A DNA stretch of 64,000 bases from Rhodothermales bacterium. GTDB lineage: Bacteria > Bacteroidota > Rhodothermia > Rhodothermales > VXPQ01. The stretch is from NCBI GenBank assembly GCA_040904565.1, contig JBBDTI010000075.1, positions 183,659-247,658 of the forward strand. The letters are read 5' to 3'. Made by a program: the position numbers and the translations under genes. Position 1 is the first letter of the stretch, and each line of letters starts with the position of its first letter. Below are positions 1 through 11,648 of this stretch, one piece after another. The notes under the pieces are model-generated. The model saw nothing but the letters and a program-made list of their open reading frames with translations, searched no databases and was not told the origin of the DNA.

Positions 1-126
1 CGCATCACGACCGTTCGGGCACCGATCGTCGCGGCCATCCTGCCATTCGTATATTCCGTTGCGGTCTATCCGCCCGTCAGCTAGATTGTATGGACAGCGT
101 CTACCGTACAGATCACGGATCATATC

Positions 127-1428
127 ATGAATAGACGAGACTTTCTTGCCACCGCATCTTCCGTTGTGGTACTGCCGCGGAGCGTCCTCGGTGGTCCCGG
201 CTTCAAGGCCCCAAGCGACACGCTCAATATCGCCGGCGTCGGAGCGGGTGGGATGGGCGGTGCGTACCTCCGTGAGCTGAGCAGCGAAAACATCGTGGCG
301 CTGGCGGACGTGGACGACGAACGGGCTGCGGAAACCTATGCCCGGTTCCCCGACGCTACACGCTATACGGATTTTCGGCGTCTGTTCGACAGCGAGCAGA
401 ATATCGATGCCGTCGTCGTCGGCACGCCCGATCACACGCATGCCATCATCGCCGTCGACGCACTGGAACGAGGCAAGCACGTATACTGCGCGAAGCCTCT
501 CGCCCGCACTATCTATGAGGTGCGGCGCATGACCGACGCCGCTCGGGAAGCGGGCGTCGCCACGCAGATGAGCACCCAGCAGAATGCGCACGACGATCAT
601 CGGGTCATCGCCGAGATGATCTGGGACGGTGCGATCGGTCCGGTCAGAGAAGTCCACATCTGGGACAACCGACCCATTTGGCCGCAGGGCATAGAACGGC
701 CGCCGGAGACGCCGCCCGTTCCCGATACGCTCGACTGGGAGCTCTGGCTCGGCCCCGCCCCTAGACGCCCGTATCATCCGATCTACGTTCCGTTCAGCTG
801 GCGCGGCTGGCTCGACTTCGGCACCGGTGCACTCGGCGACATGGGCTGCCACCATTTCGACCCGGTGTTTCGCGCGTTGAAGCTGGCGGCGCCCGACAAA
901 GTGCATGCGAGCTCGACCGAGGTCAATGAGGAGACGTTTCCTACCGCCTCCATCGTCCACTACGACTTCCCGGCGCGGGAGGATATGCCGCCCGTACGCG
1001 TGACGTGGTACGACGGCGGACTGAAGCCGCCGCGGCCGGAAGGCCTGCCGGACGGCGAACCGATGGGCGTTCCCGACCCGGGCGGGGCGTACTTCGTCGG
1101 TGATGGAGGCATCCTCATGACGGACGGCACGGGCCACAACCCGCGGCTGCTATCGGCCTCGGCGGCCGATTCGTACGACATGCCGAGTCCGGCCCTGCCG
1201 CGGTCCATCGGACACTACCAGGAATTCATCGAAGCATGTAAGGGAGGCCCTCGACCGGGCGCCCATTTCGATTACGGCGGCCCTATCACGGAGGCCGTGC
1301 TTCTCGGGAATATCGCGATCCGCACGGGCAAGACGCTCCGATGGGATGCCGAAAACATGCGCATCACGAACGACGACGAAGCCAATCGCTTCGTCCGCGA
1401 GCCCTACCACAACGGCTGGACGCTGTAG
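127..1428 (+). CDS. Gfo/Idh/MocA family NAD(P)-dependent oxidoreductase, Tat-exported
   Basis: Twin-arginine signal MNRRDFL; Rossmann motif GVGAGGMG; VVGTPDHTH, HVYCAKPL and DMGCHHFD motifs typical of the family. Confidence 0.9.
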   Translation: MNRRDFLATASSVVVLPRSVLGGPGFKAPSDTLNIAGVGAGGMGGAYLRELSSENIVALADVDDERAAETYARFPDATRYTDFRRLFDSEQNIDAVVVGTPDHTHAIIAVDALERGKHVYCAKPLARTIYEVRRMTDAAREAGVATQMSTQQNAHDDHRVIAEMIWDGAIGPVREVHIWDNRPIWPQGIERPPETPPVPDTLDWELWLGPAPRRPYHPIYVPFSWRGWLDFGTGALGDMGCHHFDPVFRALKLAAPDKVHASSTEVNEETFPTASIVHYDFPAREDMPPVRVTWYDGGLKPPRPEGLPDGEPMGVPDPGGAYFVGDGGILMTDGTGHNPRLLSASAADSYDMPSPALPRSIGHYQEFIEACKGGPRPGAHFDYGGPITEAVLLGNIAIRTGKTLRWDAENMRITNDDEANRFVREPYHNGWTL

Positions 1429-1461
1429 CGAATCGTTGTCGTCGACCGGCTTCTCCAGGCT

Positions 1462-1965
1462 CTAGAACGAGACGACGGCGCCGACGAGCAGTCCGGCGGC
1501 CCAGGGGCCCGGCGCGCGTCCGGCCGACAGCTGTATGGAAGCATCGAATTGTGACGTGACGGCGTAGTCCACACCGACGTCAGCCTGCACTACGCCCCCG
1601 TCGCCCCAGTCCCCTCCCGCAGCGCCCCCGCCTAGCGAGGCGAAGGGCGTCCACTTCCCCTTCGGAAAACGCGCACGTATGGAAAGCTGCATGGTCCTCG
1701 CCGCGCTGTAGACCGCCACGTTTCGGAATTCCTCGTCGGACGACGTCGCGCGGTACTGGGCGTATCGCAGTCCGGCCCACCACGTCTCGCCGCCGAGTCT
1801 ACGCCACCAGCCGAACTGAATCCCTCGAAACAGCTCCTCGCCATCCACCGCGGCGCCGCCGCGGAGCGACACCTTCCAGCCGAAATCCTCCGCCTGGGCC
1901 CGAGTGTCTGCCGCCGTAAAGCACGCTAACAGAAGCAGCAACACAGCACACCGGCTGCCGCCCAT
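1462..1965 (-). CDS. Small outer-membrane beta-barrel protein (about 8 strands), function unknown
   Basis: Likely start ATG 1965 (MGGSRCAVLLLLLACF..AQA signal peptide); amphipathic strands such as WTPFASLGGG and QADVGVDYAV; C-terminal Phe. Confidence 0.6.
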   Translation of the reverse strand: MGGSRCAVLLLLLACFTAADTRAQAEDFGWKVSLRGGAAVDGEELFRGIQFGWWRRLGGETWWAGLRYAQYRATSSDEEFRNVAVYSAARTMQLSIRARFPKGKWTPFASLGGGAAGGDWGDGGVVQADVGVDYAVTSQFDASIQLSAGRAPGPWAAGLLVGAVVSF

Positions 1966-2099
1966 CGAATGTCTTGACGCCGGCGTGCCGGTCCACCTGC
2001 GAGCACTTACGGACCGGCGTGTCCCACGCACGCACTTGATCGGCACGTTTCCTAGTTTCCTTCCTGAGTTACACGAAAGCTCGCTCATGAACCTTCACC

Positions 2100-2960
2100 A
2101 TGTTTATGGATGACGACAGCGTCCGCCTGTTCAGAACCGGTACCGGCATCATCGCCGAGGTCGACGGCCGATCCTATGTGGTTCGCCACGCGGACTGGGA
2201 CGTGCTGTTCAATACGCCGAACCTGCGCGAGCGGTTGATCGAGGTGGTGCGTGAGCGTTCGCCCGCTCCATCCTTCGATCGTGGTGACCTGCTCCCGCCG
2301 GTAGGCAGACAGGAAGTATGGGCCGCAGGGGTCACCTACATCCGCAGCAAGACGGCCCGCATGACCGAAGCGCAGGACGCCGGCGGGGGCGACTTCTACG
2401 ATAGAGTCTACGTCGCGGATCGTCCCGAACTCTTTCTGAAGGCGACGCCGCATCGGGTGGTCGGGCATGGGGCCGACATACGCATTCGTCGCGATGCCGA
2501 CTGGAACGTTCCCGAGCCCGAGCTGGCGCTCGCCGTCAACGTCGACGGCTCGATCTTCGGGTATTCGATCGGTAACGACATGAGTTCTCGTGATATCGAG
2601 GGGGACAACCCCCTATACCTGCCCCAGGCCAAAGTATACGACCAGTCGTGCGGCCTCGGTCCGGGCCTCTTCCTTCCCGCCGGGCCGCTGCCCCCTCAGA
2701 CGCTCATCCAGCTGGACATCCTCCGGGGCGGAACGTCTGTATTTTCGGATGAGATTTCACTTACGGAAATGAAACGGTCACCCGACGAACTCGTCAAGTA
2801 CCTGTACCGCGACAACAGCTTCCCCTTCGGATGCTTCTTGCTCACGGGAACGGGGATCGTCCCGCCCGACTCGTTTACGCTGCACCTCGGCGACGTCGTC
2901 CGCATCACTATCGAACCCATCGGCACGCTCCAAAATCAGGTCATACAGCATCATGAGTAA
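2100..2960 (+). CDS. Fumarylacetoacetate hydrolase family protein, probably 2-keto-3-deoxypentonate dehydratase (KdaD/XylX-like)
   Basis: Motifs [45 protein letters not shown] and LLTGTGIVP; overlaps the downstream KGSA dehydrogenase. Confidence 0.85.
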   Translation: MFMDDDSVRLFRTGTGIIAEVDGRSYVVRHADWDVLFNTPNLRERLIEVVRERSPAPSFDRGDLLPPVGRQEVWAAGVTYIRSKTARMTEAQDAGGGDFYDRVYVADRPELFLKATPHRVVGHGADIRIRRDADWNVPEPELALAVNVDGSIFGYSIGNDMSSRDIEGDNPLYLPQAKVYDQSCGLGPGLFLPAGPLPPQTLIQLDILRGGTSVFSDEISLTEMKRSPDELVKYLYRDNSFPFGCFLLTGTGIVPPDSFTLHLGDVVRITIEPIGTLQNQVIQHHE

Positions 2961-4542
2961 CCCCTCTTATCACGGCGGCAATCTCATCGGACGCGACACT
3001 TCCAAAGAGGGCACGTCCACCTATACTGCTACCGATCCGTCTACCGGAACGATACTACCGGGTACATTTTACGAGGCGACGGACTCCGAAATCGACCGGG
3101 CGGTGACGCTGGCCGACGAGGCGTGGCAGGCGTCTGCTGACGTGGAGCCTGAGGACCGCGCACGGCTGCTCGAGCGGATGGCCGACGAGATCGAACGGCT
3201 CGGAGACGCGTTCGTGGAACGGGTCGTGGCAGAAACCGGACTCGGCGACGGACGCGTTCGCGGTGAACGCGGTCGTACCACGAGCCAGCTTCGCATGTTT
3301 GCGGAACTGGTCCGCGAGGGATCCTGGGTGGATGCGCGCATCGATCCGGGTAATCCGGAAGGCGACCCGTCGCCGAAACCGGACGTACGCCGCATGCTGA
3401 TGCCGCTCGGTCCGGTGGCCGTGTTTGGTGCCAGTAATTTCCCTCTCGCCTTTTCCGTCGCCGGCGGCGACACGGCCTCCGCGATTGCGGCGGGGTGTCC
3501 GGTCATCGTAAAGGCGCATCCGGCGCATCCCGGAACGTCCGAGCTCGTCGGCGAAGCCTTGCGTCGTGCCGTCGACGCCGCCGGCTTCCACCCCGGCACG
3601 TTCTCCATGATCCACGGTCGCGACCCCGACGTCATCATGACGCTGGTACGCCATCCGCTCCTGCGCGCCGTCGGATTCACCGGGTCGCTGCATGCGGGAC
3701 GGGCGATATTCGACGCCGCCGCCGCACGCCCTCGTCCTATCCCCGTCTACGCCGAGATGGGAAGCGTTAACCCTATCTTTCTGCTCCAGGGCGCGCTCAA
3801 GCAGCGGCCGGATGCACTGGCAGAAGGACTCGTCGGCTCGGTCACGCTGGGCGCGGGCCAGTTCTGCACGAACCCTGGACTCGTTTTTGGTCTCTCCGGC
3901 GACGGTCTCGACTATTTTGTCGACGCCGTCTCCGAAGGGCTCGGGCAAACGCCCGCCTTCACGATGCTCCACCGCGGCATATGCGACGCGTATGTGGAGG
4001 GCCTCCGACGGCTCTCCGACGTCGACGGCGTAGAGGTGGCGGCGCAGGCGGAGTCCGGCGACGGAAGAGCGGGCGCGGCTGTTCTTACGACCTCCGCCGG
4101 CGTGTTTCTACGTGCACCGCGGCTGCACGAAGAAGTCTTCGGACCGAGCACGCTCGTCGTCCGCTGCAAGGACCTGGAGGAGATGGAGCGTGTCGCGGCC
4201 GATCTCGAAGGCAATCTAACGGCCGCACTGCACGGCACGCGTGAAGACCTGATTGAGGCGGACGCCTTGCTCGGCATCCTGCGTCGGCGTGTGGGACGGC
4301 TGATCTTCAACGGCTTCCCCACGGGTGTGGAAGTAGGCCACGCGATGCAGCATGGGGGCCCCTATCCCGCGACGACGGACGAACGCTCGACGTCCGTCGG
4401 CACCGCCGCGATCGAACGTTTCGCTCGTCCGATCTGCTATCAGGATTTCCCACAGGATGCGCTCCCCGCCGAGCTGCGCGATCACAATGAGCGGGGCATC
4501 TGGCGCCGGATCGATGGCGCCCTAACACGCGATGCCGTGTAG
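2953..4542 (+). CDS. Aldehyde dehydrogenase (NADP+), alpha-ketoglutaric semialdehyde dehydrogenase type
   Basis: [46 protein letters not shown] (catalytic Cys), [14 protein letters not shown]. Confidence 0.9.
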   Translation: MSNPSYHGGNLIGRDTSKEGTSTYTATDPSTGTILPGTFYEATDSEIDRAVTLADEAWQASADVEPEDRARLLERMADEIERLGDAFVERVVAETGLGDGRVRGERGRTTSQLRMFAELVREGSWVDARIDPGNPEGDPSPKPDVRRMLMPLGPVAVFGASNFPLAFSVAGGDTASAIAAGCPVIVKAHPAHPGTSELVGEALRRAVDAAGFHPGTFSMIHGRDPDVIMTLVRHPLLRAVGFTGSLHAGRAIFDAAAARPRPIPVYAEMGSVNPIFLLQGALKQRPDALAEGLVGSVTLGAGQFCTNPGLVFGLSGDGLDYFVDAVSEGLGQTPAFTMLHRGICDAYVEGLRRLSDVDGVEVAAQAESGDGRAGAAVLTTSAGVFLRAPRLHEEVFGPSTLVVRCKDLEEMERVAADLEGNLTAALHGTREDLIEADALLGILRRRVGRLIFNGFPTGVEVGHAMQHGGPYPATTDERSTSVGTAAIERFARPICYQDFPQDALPAELRDHNERGIWRRIDGALTRDAV

Positions 4543-4580
4543 CGGGTGGGTTCCTCCATATGAACTTCGCCGGCAGCCGT

Positions 4581-6056
4581 CTACTCGGCGTCCGCGCGCT
4601 CGACACGCACCGCCACGTCGTAGCCGTACGACGGAGGTGCCAGAGAAAGGAGACCGCCCTCGTGCGTCAGGCGCGCCGAGCGAACATGCCGCCCCGTCAC
4701 GACGTCTATCCACCAGATGTCGTACGTACCGGCCGGAACGTCGAGCACCAGGTCCTCTCGCAGGCGGCCGGCGAGATATACGGCGTAGCTTCGACCCTCG
4801 TCCACGAGGGCTTCGCGAAGTGCACCGGGCGCGCGAACCACGACGCGCGCATCCGGCGTCATTTCGACGAAGGGCATGTCGTCTAAAAACTGCTTCAGGC
4901 TGCCAAGCTGATTGCGCAGCGTGGTGCCTCCACCTCCCGGCGCGTCATTGCTGGCTGCCCCACCAGGATGCTCGACCGTGAAGGAATAGTCCAGGTTGTT
5001 ATAGAGCCCGCCGCCGGCCATCATGAACCGCCATGCAAGCACGCGGTACGTACTGTCGGCCGTGCCTGCGAATCCCGTCTCATCCAGTCCAAGCACGCGA
5101 TCCCACCCCAGGTTCATCTCCACGGCGTCCGGCGTTGCGTAATGGAAATTGAGAATGGAAAGGCGCGGATCGACGCCGTATAGCGGGTATCCGAAGTTGA
5201 CGAAGTTCTCGGCGATTAGATGCTTCTTCGGCAGCGCCTCTTCGGTCTCCCGGATCACGTCGATTATGGCAGCCTGCCACGCGAGGGCCGCATCGGTAGG
5301 ATATTCGATTCGGCCCTGCCAGGACGCGTCCGAGGACGGCACGCCAGGATTCAGCACCCCGGCGACGTAGCCGTTGTCCGCCCACGGCTCGTTCTGAATC
5401 TCGTAGAAGACGTTGTCGAAGTCGTTCAGCGCCTCGACAATCCGTGCTACGACCCGTTCCTGGTATGCGAGGATGGGCCCGTTGTCGAGCGTATGCACGG
5501 CATGCCGCTCGACGTTGCCGGTATCGTTGACGTTGTTGGCCGGATTGAATGGGTTGATAGCCCACTGGGCGTCACCGTAGATCGACGAGAAAAACGTCAC
5601 CTCCACAACGATTCCGTAGGTATCCGCCGTGCGCACGAAGTCAGTCAAACGCTCGAAATACGCCTCATTCCACCGGTCCAGGTCGAACGGACCCGTCGCG
5701 CCGATGGCGCGCGGCCAGGGTGCCACGACCGCTTCCGGCCGAGGCGCAAGAGTGTTGTGCCGGATGCCGAACGCGCCTGGCGGCTCGAAATACGTCCCCG
5801 CAAAGACGCGTGTGTAGTTCAGGCCGTCCTCGGCCAGCGCCGCGAGGTACGTTTCGTAGTCGAAGTCGCCGTTTACGACGGCGCCGTAGTGCTCGGCGGA
5901 CGTCACGAGCACCGTCGGTTCTCCGCGAAAGAGGAAATAGTGGGGGTTGTCCGGGTGGAGCGCAATCGGCTGCGCCCCGACGCCGACCGCCCCCGCGACG
6001 AATCCCCACACTAAGAGCAGCAGCATACATGTATTCAGCAGAGTCGCTCTCATCAA
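4581..6056 (-). CDS. Secreted GH-A clan (GH5-like) TIM-barrel protein with C-terminal beta-sandwich, uncharacterised
   Basis: Signal peptide ending GAQ; HPDNPHYF start; NYTRVF, EIQNEP (acid/base Glu), NFHY, LDETGF (nucleophile-like Glu); C-terminal YDIWWID. Confidence 0.7.
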   Translation of the reverse strand: MMRATLLNTCMLLLLVWGFVAGAVGVGAQPIALHPDNPHYFLFRGEPTVLVTSAEHYGAVVNGDFDYETYLAALAEDGLNYTRVFAGTYFEPPGAFGIRHNTLAPRPEAVVAPWPRAIGATGPFDLDRWNEAYFERLTDFVRTADTYGIVVEVTFFSSIYGDAQWAINPFNPANNVNDTGNVERHAVHTLDNGPILAYQERVVARIVEALNDFDNVFYEIQNEPWADNGYVAGVLNPGVPSSDASWQGRIEYPTDAALAWQAAIIDVIRETEEALPKKHLIAENFVNFGYPLYGVDPRLSILNFHYATPDAVEMNLGWDRVLGLDETGFAGTADSTYRVLAWRFMMAGGGLYNNLDYSFTVEHPGGAASNDAPGGGGTTLRNQLGSLKQFLDDMPFVEMTPDARVVVRAPGALREALVDEGRSYAVYLAGRLREDLVLDVPAGTYDIWWIDVVTGRHVRSARLTHEGGLLSLAPPSYGYDVAVRVERADAE

Positions 6057-6078
6057 TCGTCCCGATGTCTTGAGGATC

Positions 6079-8022
6079 TCACAAATCCAGCTCGTCCACG
6101 TCGGCCGCGTGCGTCATGATGAAATCGAACCGAGCAGAGGAGTCTTTCCCCATCAAATCCGAAATGACGCGCTCTGTCTCGAGCCGCTCGTCGTCACCTA
6201 TTTTGACCTGGAGCAGGATCCGTTTCTCCGGATCCAGCGTCGTCTCTTTGAGCGTCTTAGGCATCATCTCACCGAGCCCCTTGAACCGCTGAATGTCGAC
6301 ATTGACCTTCCGCTTGCCCTTGTTGATCTGTCGGATGATGCGGTCCTTGTCCGCATCGTCAATCGCCCAGTACGTCTCCTTACCCGCGTCGAGCCGGTAG
6401 AGCGGCGGCTGGGCGATATAGACGAATCCGTCGTCGATGAGTGGCCGCATGTAGCGGTAAAGGAAGGTGAGAAGCAGCGTGGCGATGTGATGTCCGTCCG
6501 AGTCGGCATCCATCAGAAGGATCACCTTGTGATAGCGCAGGCGCGAGAGATCCAGTTGATCGCCCAGGCCGCAGCCCAGCGCGTCCACCACATTGGATAG
6601 TTCCTTGTTCTCCTGCACCTTCTTGAGCGTCGCCTGCTCGGCGTTGAGCACCTTCCCCCGGAGCGGAAGAATGGCCTGAAACATTCGATCGCGCCCCTGC
6701 TTGGCGGATCCTCCCGCCGAATCCCCCTCCACGATGAACAGCTCGCTGTTGACGGGATCGGTCGACGAGCAGTCGGCCAGCTTCCCGGGCAGATTCAGTC
6801 GGTGGCTGACGCTCGACTTCTTCCTTGCGGTCCGCGCCGCCGCACGGGAGGCATGGCGCGCTTTCGCCGCCTGAATGACCCTCGTCGCGATAGCCTCCCC
6901 CGTAGTAGGGTGCGCGTTGAGGAACTGCTCCAGCTCCAGGCGAATGGACGAAACCACGAGCGACCGCGCCTCGGGGTTATTCAGCTTCTCCTTCGTCTGC
7001 CCCTGAAATTGCGGATCGATGACGAACAGGTTTACGATGGCGACGAGGCCTTCTCGTATGTCGTCCGCGGAGATGTCTACGCCTTTCGGCATCATATCGT
7101 GCGTTTCCATATACGATCGGACCGCACTGCGGACCGCGTCGCGGAAGCCCTGTTCGTGCGTACCGCCTTCGATCGTAGGAATGCCGTTAACGAAGGAGCG
7201 GACGTTCTCCCTGGGAGCTTCGGTCCACTGCAGGGCCACCTCGACGCGGGCGCCCTCCGCCAGCTCCTCCTGCCGCTCGAGGAACTGTTCCTGATGCACG
7301 GGCCGTTCTCCGAGGTCCTTTACGACGCGATCGAGATACTCCGCGATGCCGCCCTCGTGGTGGTATTCATGGCGTTCGCCCGTCGCCTCGTTCCGGAAGG
7401 TGATTCGCAGCGCGGCATTGAGGTACGTCTTGACCTCGAGATTTTCCTTGATGGATTCCGTATCGAACTGGACCGACTCGAAGATGTCGGCATCCGGGCG
7501 AAAGTAGATCGACGTCCCCGTCCCTCGAGAACTTGCATCAACTTTCTCCACCTTCGTCATGGGCACGCCCCTTTCGTACCGCTGCCGCCAGGTCGCTCCC
7601 TCGCGCTTCACCGTCGCCACCATCTCTTCGGAGAGTGCGTTCACCACGGATGCACCCACGCCGTGGAGTCCGCCCGACGTGATATAATTCGTCTGATCGA
7701 ACTTGCCGCCGGCGTGGAGCGTGGTCAGGATGAGCTGAAGGGTCGACACCTTTTTCGTCGGGTGTTTGTCGACCGGTATGCCCCGACCGTTGTCGGTTAC
7801 GGTCACGGACCGGCCATCCTGATGCACGATCACCTCGATCTGAGAGGCATAGCCGTTCGTGGCCTCATCCACGGCATTATCGACCACCTCCCAGAGCAGA
7901 TGGTGCAGGCCCGGCTTGCCCGTCCCGCCGATGTACATTCCGGGACGCTTGCGCACGGGCTCCAGCCCCTCCAGGACCTGGATGTCCGCCCCCGTGTATC
8001 TTCGCGTAAGTACTTCAGCCAT
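6079..8022 (-). CDS. parE: Type IIA topoisomerase subunit B (topoisomerase IV ParE-like)
   Basis: LEPVRKRPGMYIG, EVVDNAVDE, GGLHGVG, TOPRIM EGDSAGG, PLRGK, MDADSDG, RFKGLGEM; short form without the long GyrB insert. parE vs gyrB is inferred from the partner subunit. Confidence 0.8.
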   Translation of the reverse strand: MAEVLTRRYTGADIQVLEGLEPVRKRPGMYIGGTGKPGLHHLLWEVVDNAVDEATNGYASQIEVIVHQDGRSVTVTDNGRGIPVDKHPTKKVSTLQLILTTLHAGGKFDQTNYITSGGLHGVGASVVNALSEEMVATVKREGATWRQRYERGVPMTKVEKVDASSRGTGTSIYFRPDADIFESVQFDTESIKENLEVKTYLNAALRITFRNEATGERHEYHHEGGIAEYLDRVVKDLGERPVHQEQFLERQEELAEGARVEVALQWTEAPRENVRSFVNGIPTIEGGTHEQGFRDAVRSAVRSYMETHDMMPKGVDISADDIREGLVAIVNLFVIDPQFQGQTKEKLNNPEARSLVVSSIRLELEQFLNAHPTTGEAIATRVIQAAKARHASRAAARTARKKSSVSHRLNLPGKLADCSSTDPVNSELFIVEGDSAGGSAKQGRDRMFQAILPLRGKVLNAEQATLKKVQENKELSNVVDALGCGLGDQLDLSRLRYHKVILLMDADSDGHHIATLLLTFLYRYMRPLIDDGFVYIAQPPLYRLDAGKETYWAIDDADKDRIIRQINKGKRKVNVDIQRFKGLGEMMPKTLKETTLDPEKRILLQVKIGDDERLETERVISDLMGKDSSARFDFIMTHAADVDELDL

Positions 8023-8062
8023 CCCGTTCTTTTCGTTCTCCTCTAGGTTCGTTCCCCATCCG

Positions 8063-10384
<2,322 letters not shown>

Positions 10385-10501
10385 CGTATACAGTATGACA
10401 ACTTGGATCAGCGGCGGTGCCCTGTGGAGATGGCGTCTCCGCCGCCCTGGAATGTCGCATCGGAACCACCCGCGCTGCCCGACCCGCGGGGCTTCGTGCA
10501 G

Positions 10502-10710
10502 CCAACACCCATATCTCCAACACCCTATCTAATGCAATAACGGCGCTAGGAGAGGCCCGTGAGTACAGCAGCTGCTCCGGCGTTTCCGCGCGGCGCCCCT
10601 GTGGCATCCTGGCAGTGTCGGCAGCAGTCCCAACGAAATCGATTGGGATCGCCGCTCGCAATAACGGATCGCAATAACGGATTCCGGCTCCCGATAATGT
10701 ACAAATTATC
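10502..10710. repeat. Cluster of short direct repeats and palindromes upstream of parC
   Basis: CCAACACCC(A)TATCT x2 (10502-10530); GCAATAACGG x3 (about 10534, 10658, 10671); palindrome GATAAT-GTACAA-ATTATC (10693-10710). Confidence 0.6.
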
Positions 10711-10841
10711 CTGCAGCAGTGACAGTAGTGCGTCATCGCCGGCGAACAAAAGGCCATCGGCCGACCCGAATCCCTTGTGACGGGTGTCGATGCGACGCCG
10801 GGATGCAGCGGCGACGCTGGCACGGTGCAGCCTGGATGCTT

Positions 10842-11489
10842 CTATGATTCGTAGGCCAGCGTGAAATAGTCGTGGCGGTGATCGGCATGCAATCGGAGCA
10901 CGTTGGCGCGGGTCAGCAGCACGAGCGTGCTCGAAGCCCGGCCTCTGGAGATGTTGGCGATCCGGGCGAACTGCTTGACCGTGATCTTCCCGTATTTCTC
11001 GAGGTACCGCATGAGCATGAGCTCGTTGTCGCCGAATTCGAACGTTACGGCCGAGGCGTCCTCGTCCTTCATCAGCCGGATCGCTTCACGACTGGCTTCC
11101 ACGCTTTTGTCGTTCACCCGTACGTAGGCACTGTGATCGGATCCATTTTTACGGGAGCGCAGATAGTGGGGCCTACTGGAACTTGCCGGCACATGCACGA
11201 TCACGACGTCGCGGCGCCGCGCCACGGGCACCCGTTCCGCCGTAAATTCGAGCGGAGGTGAAACGTGAGCGTTGAGTGCCCGTCGAAGGGCGAATTCTTC
11301 TTCCTCGGCATCGCGGAGGCCGACGATCGTACCGTCGTCGTCGACGCCCAGGAGCAATCGCCCGCCCTTCGTATTAGCCAGGGCGATCATCTCCTTCGCA
11401 ATTCGCTCCGGCTTCGGGACCTTGCGCTTAAATTCCAGATTGGCACCTTCGCCCAGGGAAACGAGCTGTGCCAGTTCTTGAAGCGTCAT
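10842..11489 (-). CDS. AlbA_2 (Schlafen-like) domain protein with C-terminal winged helix-turn-helix
   Basis: GEGANLEFKR, ALANTKGGRLLLGVDDDG, AYVRVND; C-terminal YLEKYGKITVKQFARIANIS HTH. Confidence 0.8.
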   Translation of the reverse strand: MTLQELAQLVSLGEGANLEFKRKVPKPERIAKEMIALANTKGGRLLLGVDDDGTIVGLRDAEEEEFALRRALNAHVSPPLEFTAERVPVARRRDVVIVHVPASSSRPHYLRSRKNGSDHSAYVRVNDKSVEASREAIRLMKDEDASAVTFEFGDNELMLMRYLEKYGKITVKQFARIANISRGRASSTLVLLTRANVLRLHADHRHDYFTLAYES

Positions 11490-11513
11490 GACACTGTCCG
11501 GGTCTGTTCACCG

Positions 11514-11542
11514 CAAAACTAACGAAATGTCCTCCGGACAAA
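11514..11542 (-). promoter_or_regulatory. Putative Bacteroidota-type housekeeping promoter of the AlbA_2 gene
   Basis: Minus-strand TAGTTTTG (11521-11514) matches TAnnTTTG; TTTG lies 17 nt upstream (slightly short spacer). Confidence 0.4.
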
Positions 11543-11549
11543 AAGGATC

Positions 11550-11558
11550 TGTGGATAA
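11550..11558 (-). promoter_or_regulatory. Perfect DnaA box TTATCCACA
   Basis: tgtggataa on + strand in the gpsA/AlbA_2 intergenic region. Confidence 0.45.
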
Positions 11559-11648
11559 CTCGGCTCATCATGGCTGGCAGTAACCCGTTATCCTACAGAT
11601 AGTTACACACCGACGCGCCACGGGGCCCTTACTGCCTGGCGCTCCCCC

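Noticed and set aside
10687-10716. dif-like site (GCTCCCGATAA TGTACA ...) next to the topoisomerase IV genes
   Set aside because: The left arm and spacer resemble dif, but the normally best-conserved XerD arm TTATGTTAAAT is absent (reads AATTATCCTGC)
10417-10823. Small ORFs in the parC upstream region (10417-10677 +, 10179-10823 -)
   Set aside because: No domain, atypical composition, and one overlaps parC out of frame
11490-11648. Possible oriC
   Set aside because: Only one perfect DnaA box, short region, no AT-rich unwinding element and no dnaA/dnaN nearby
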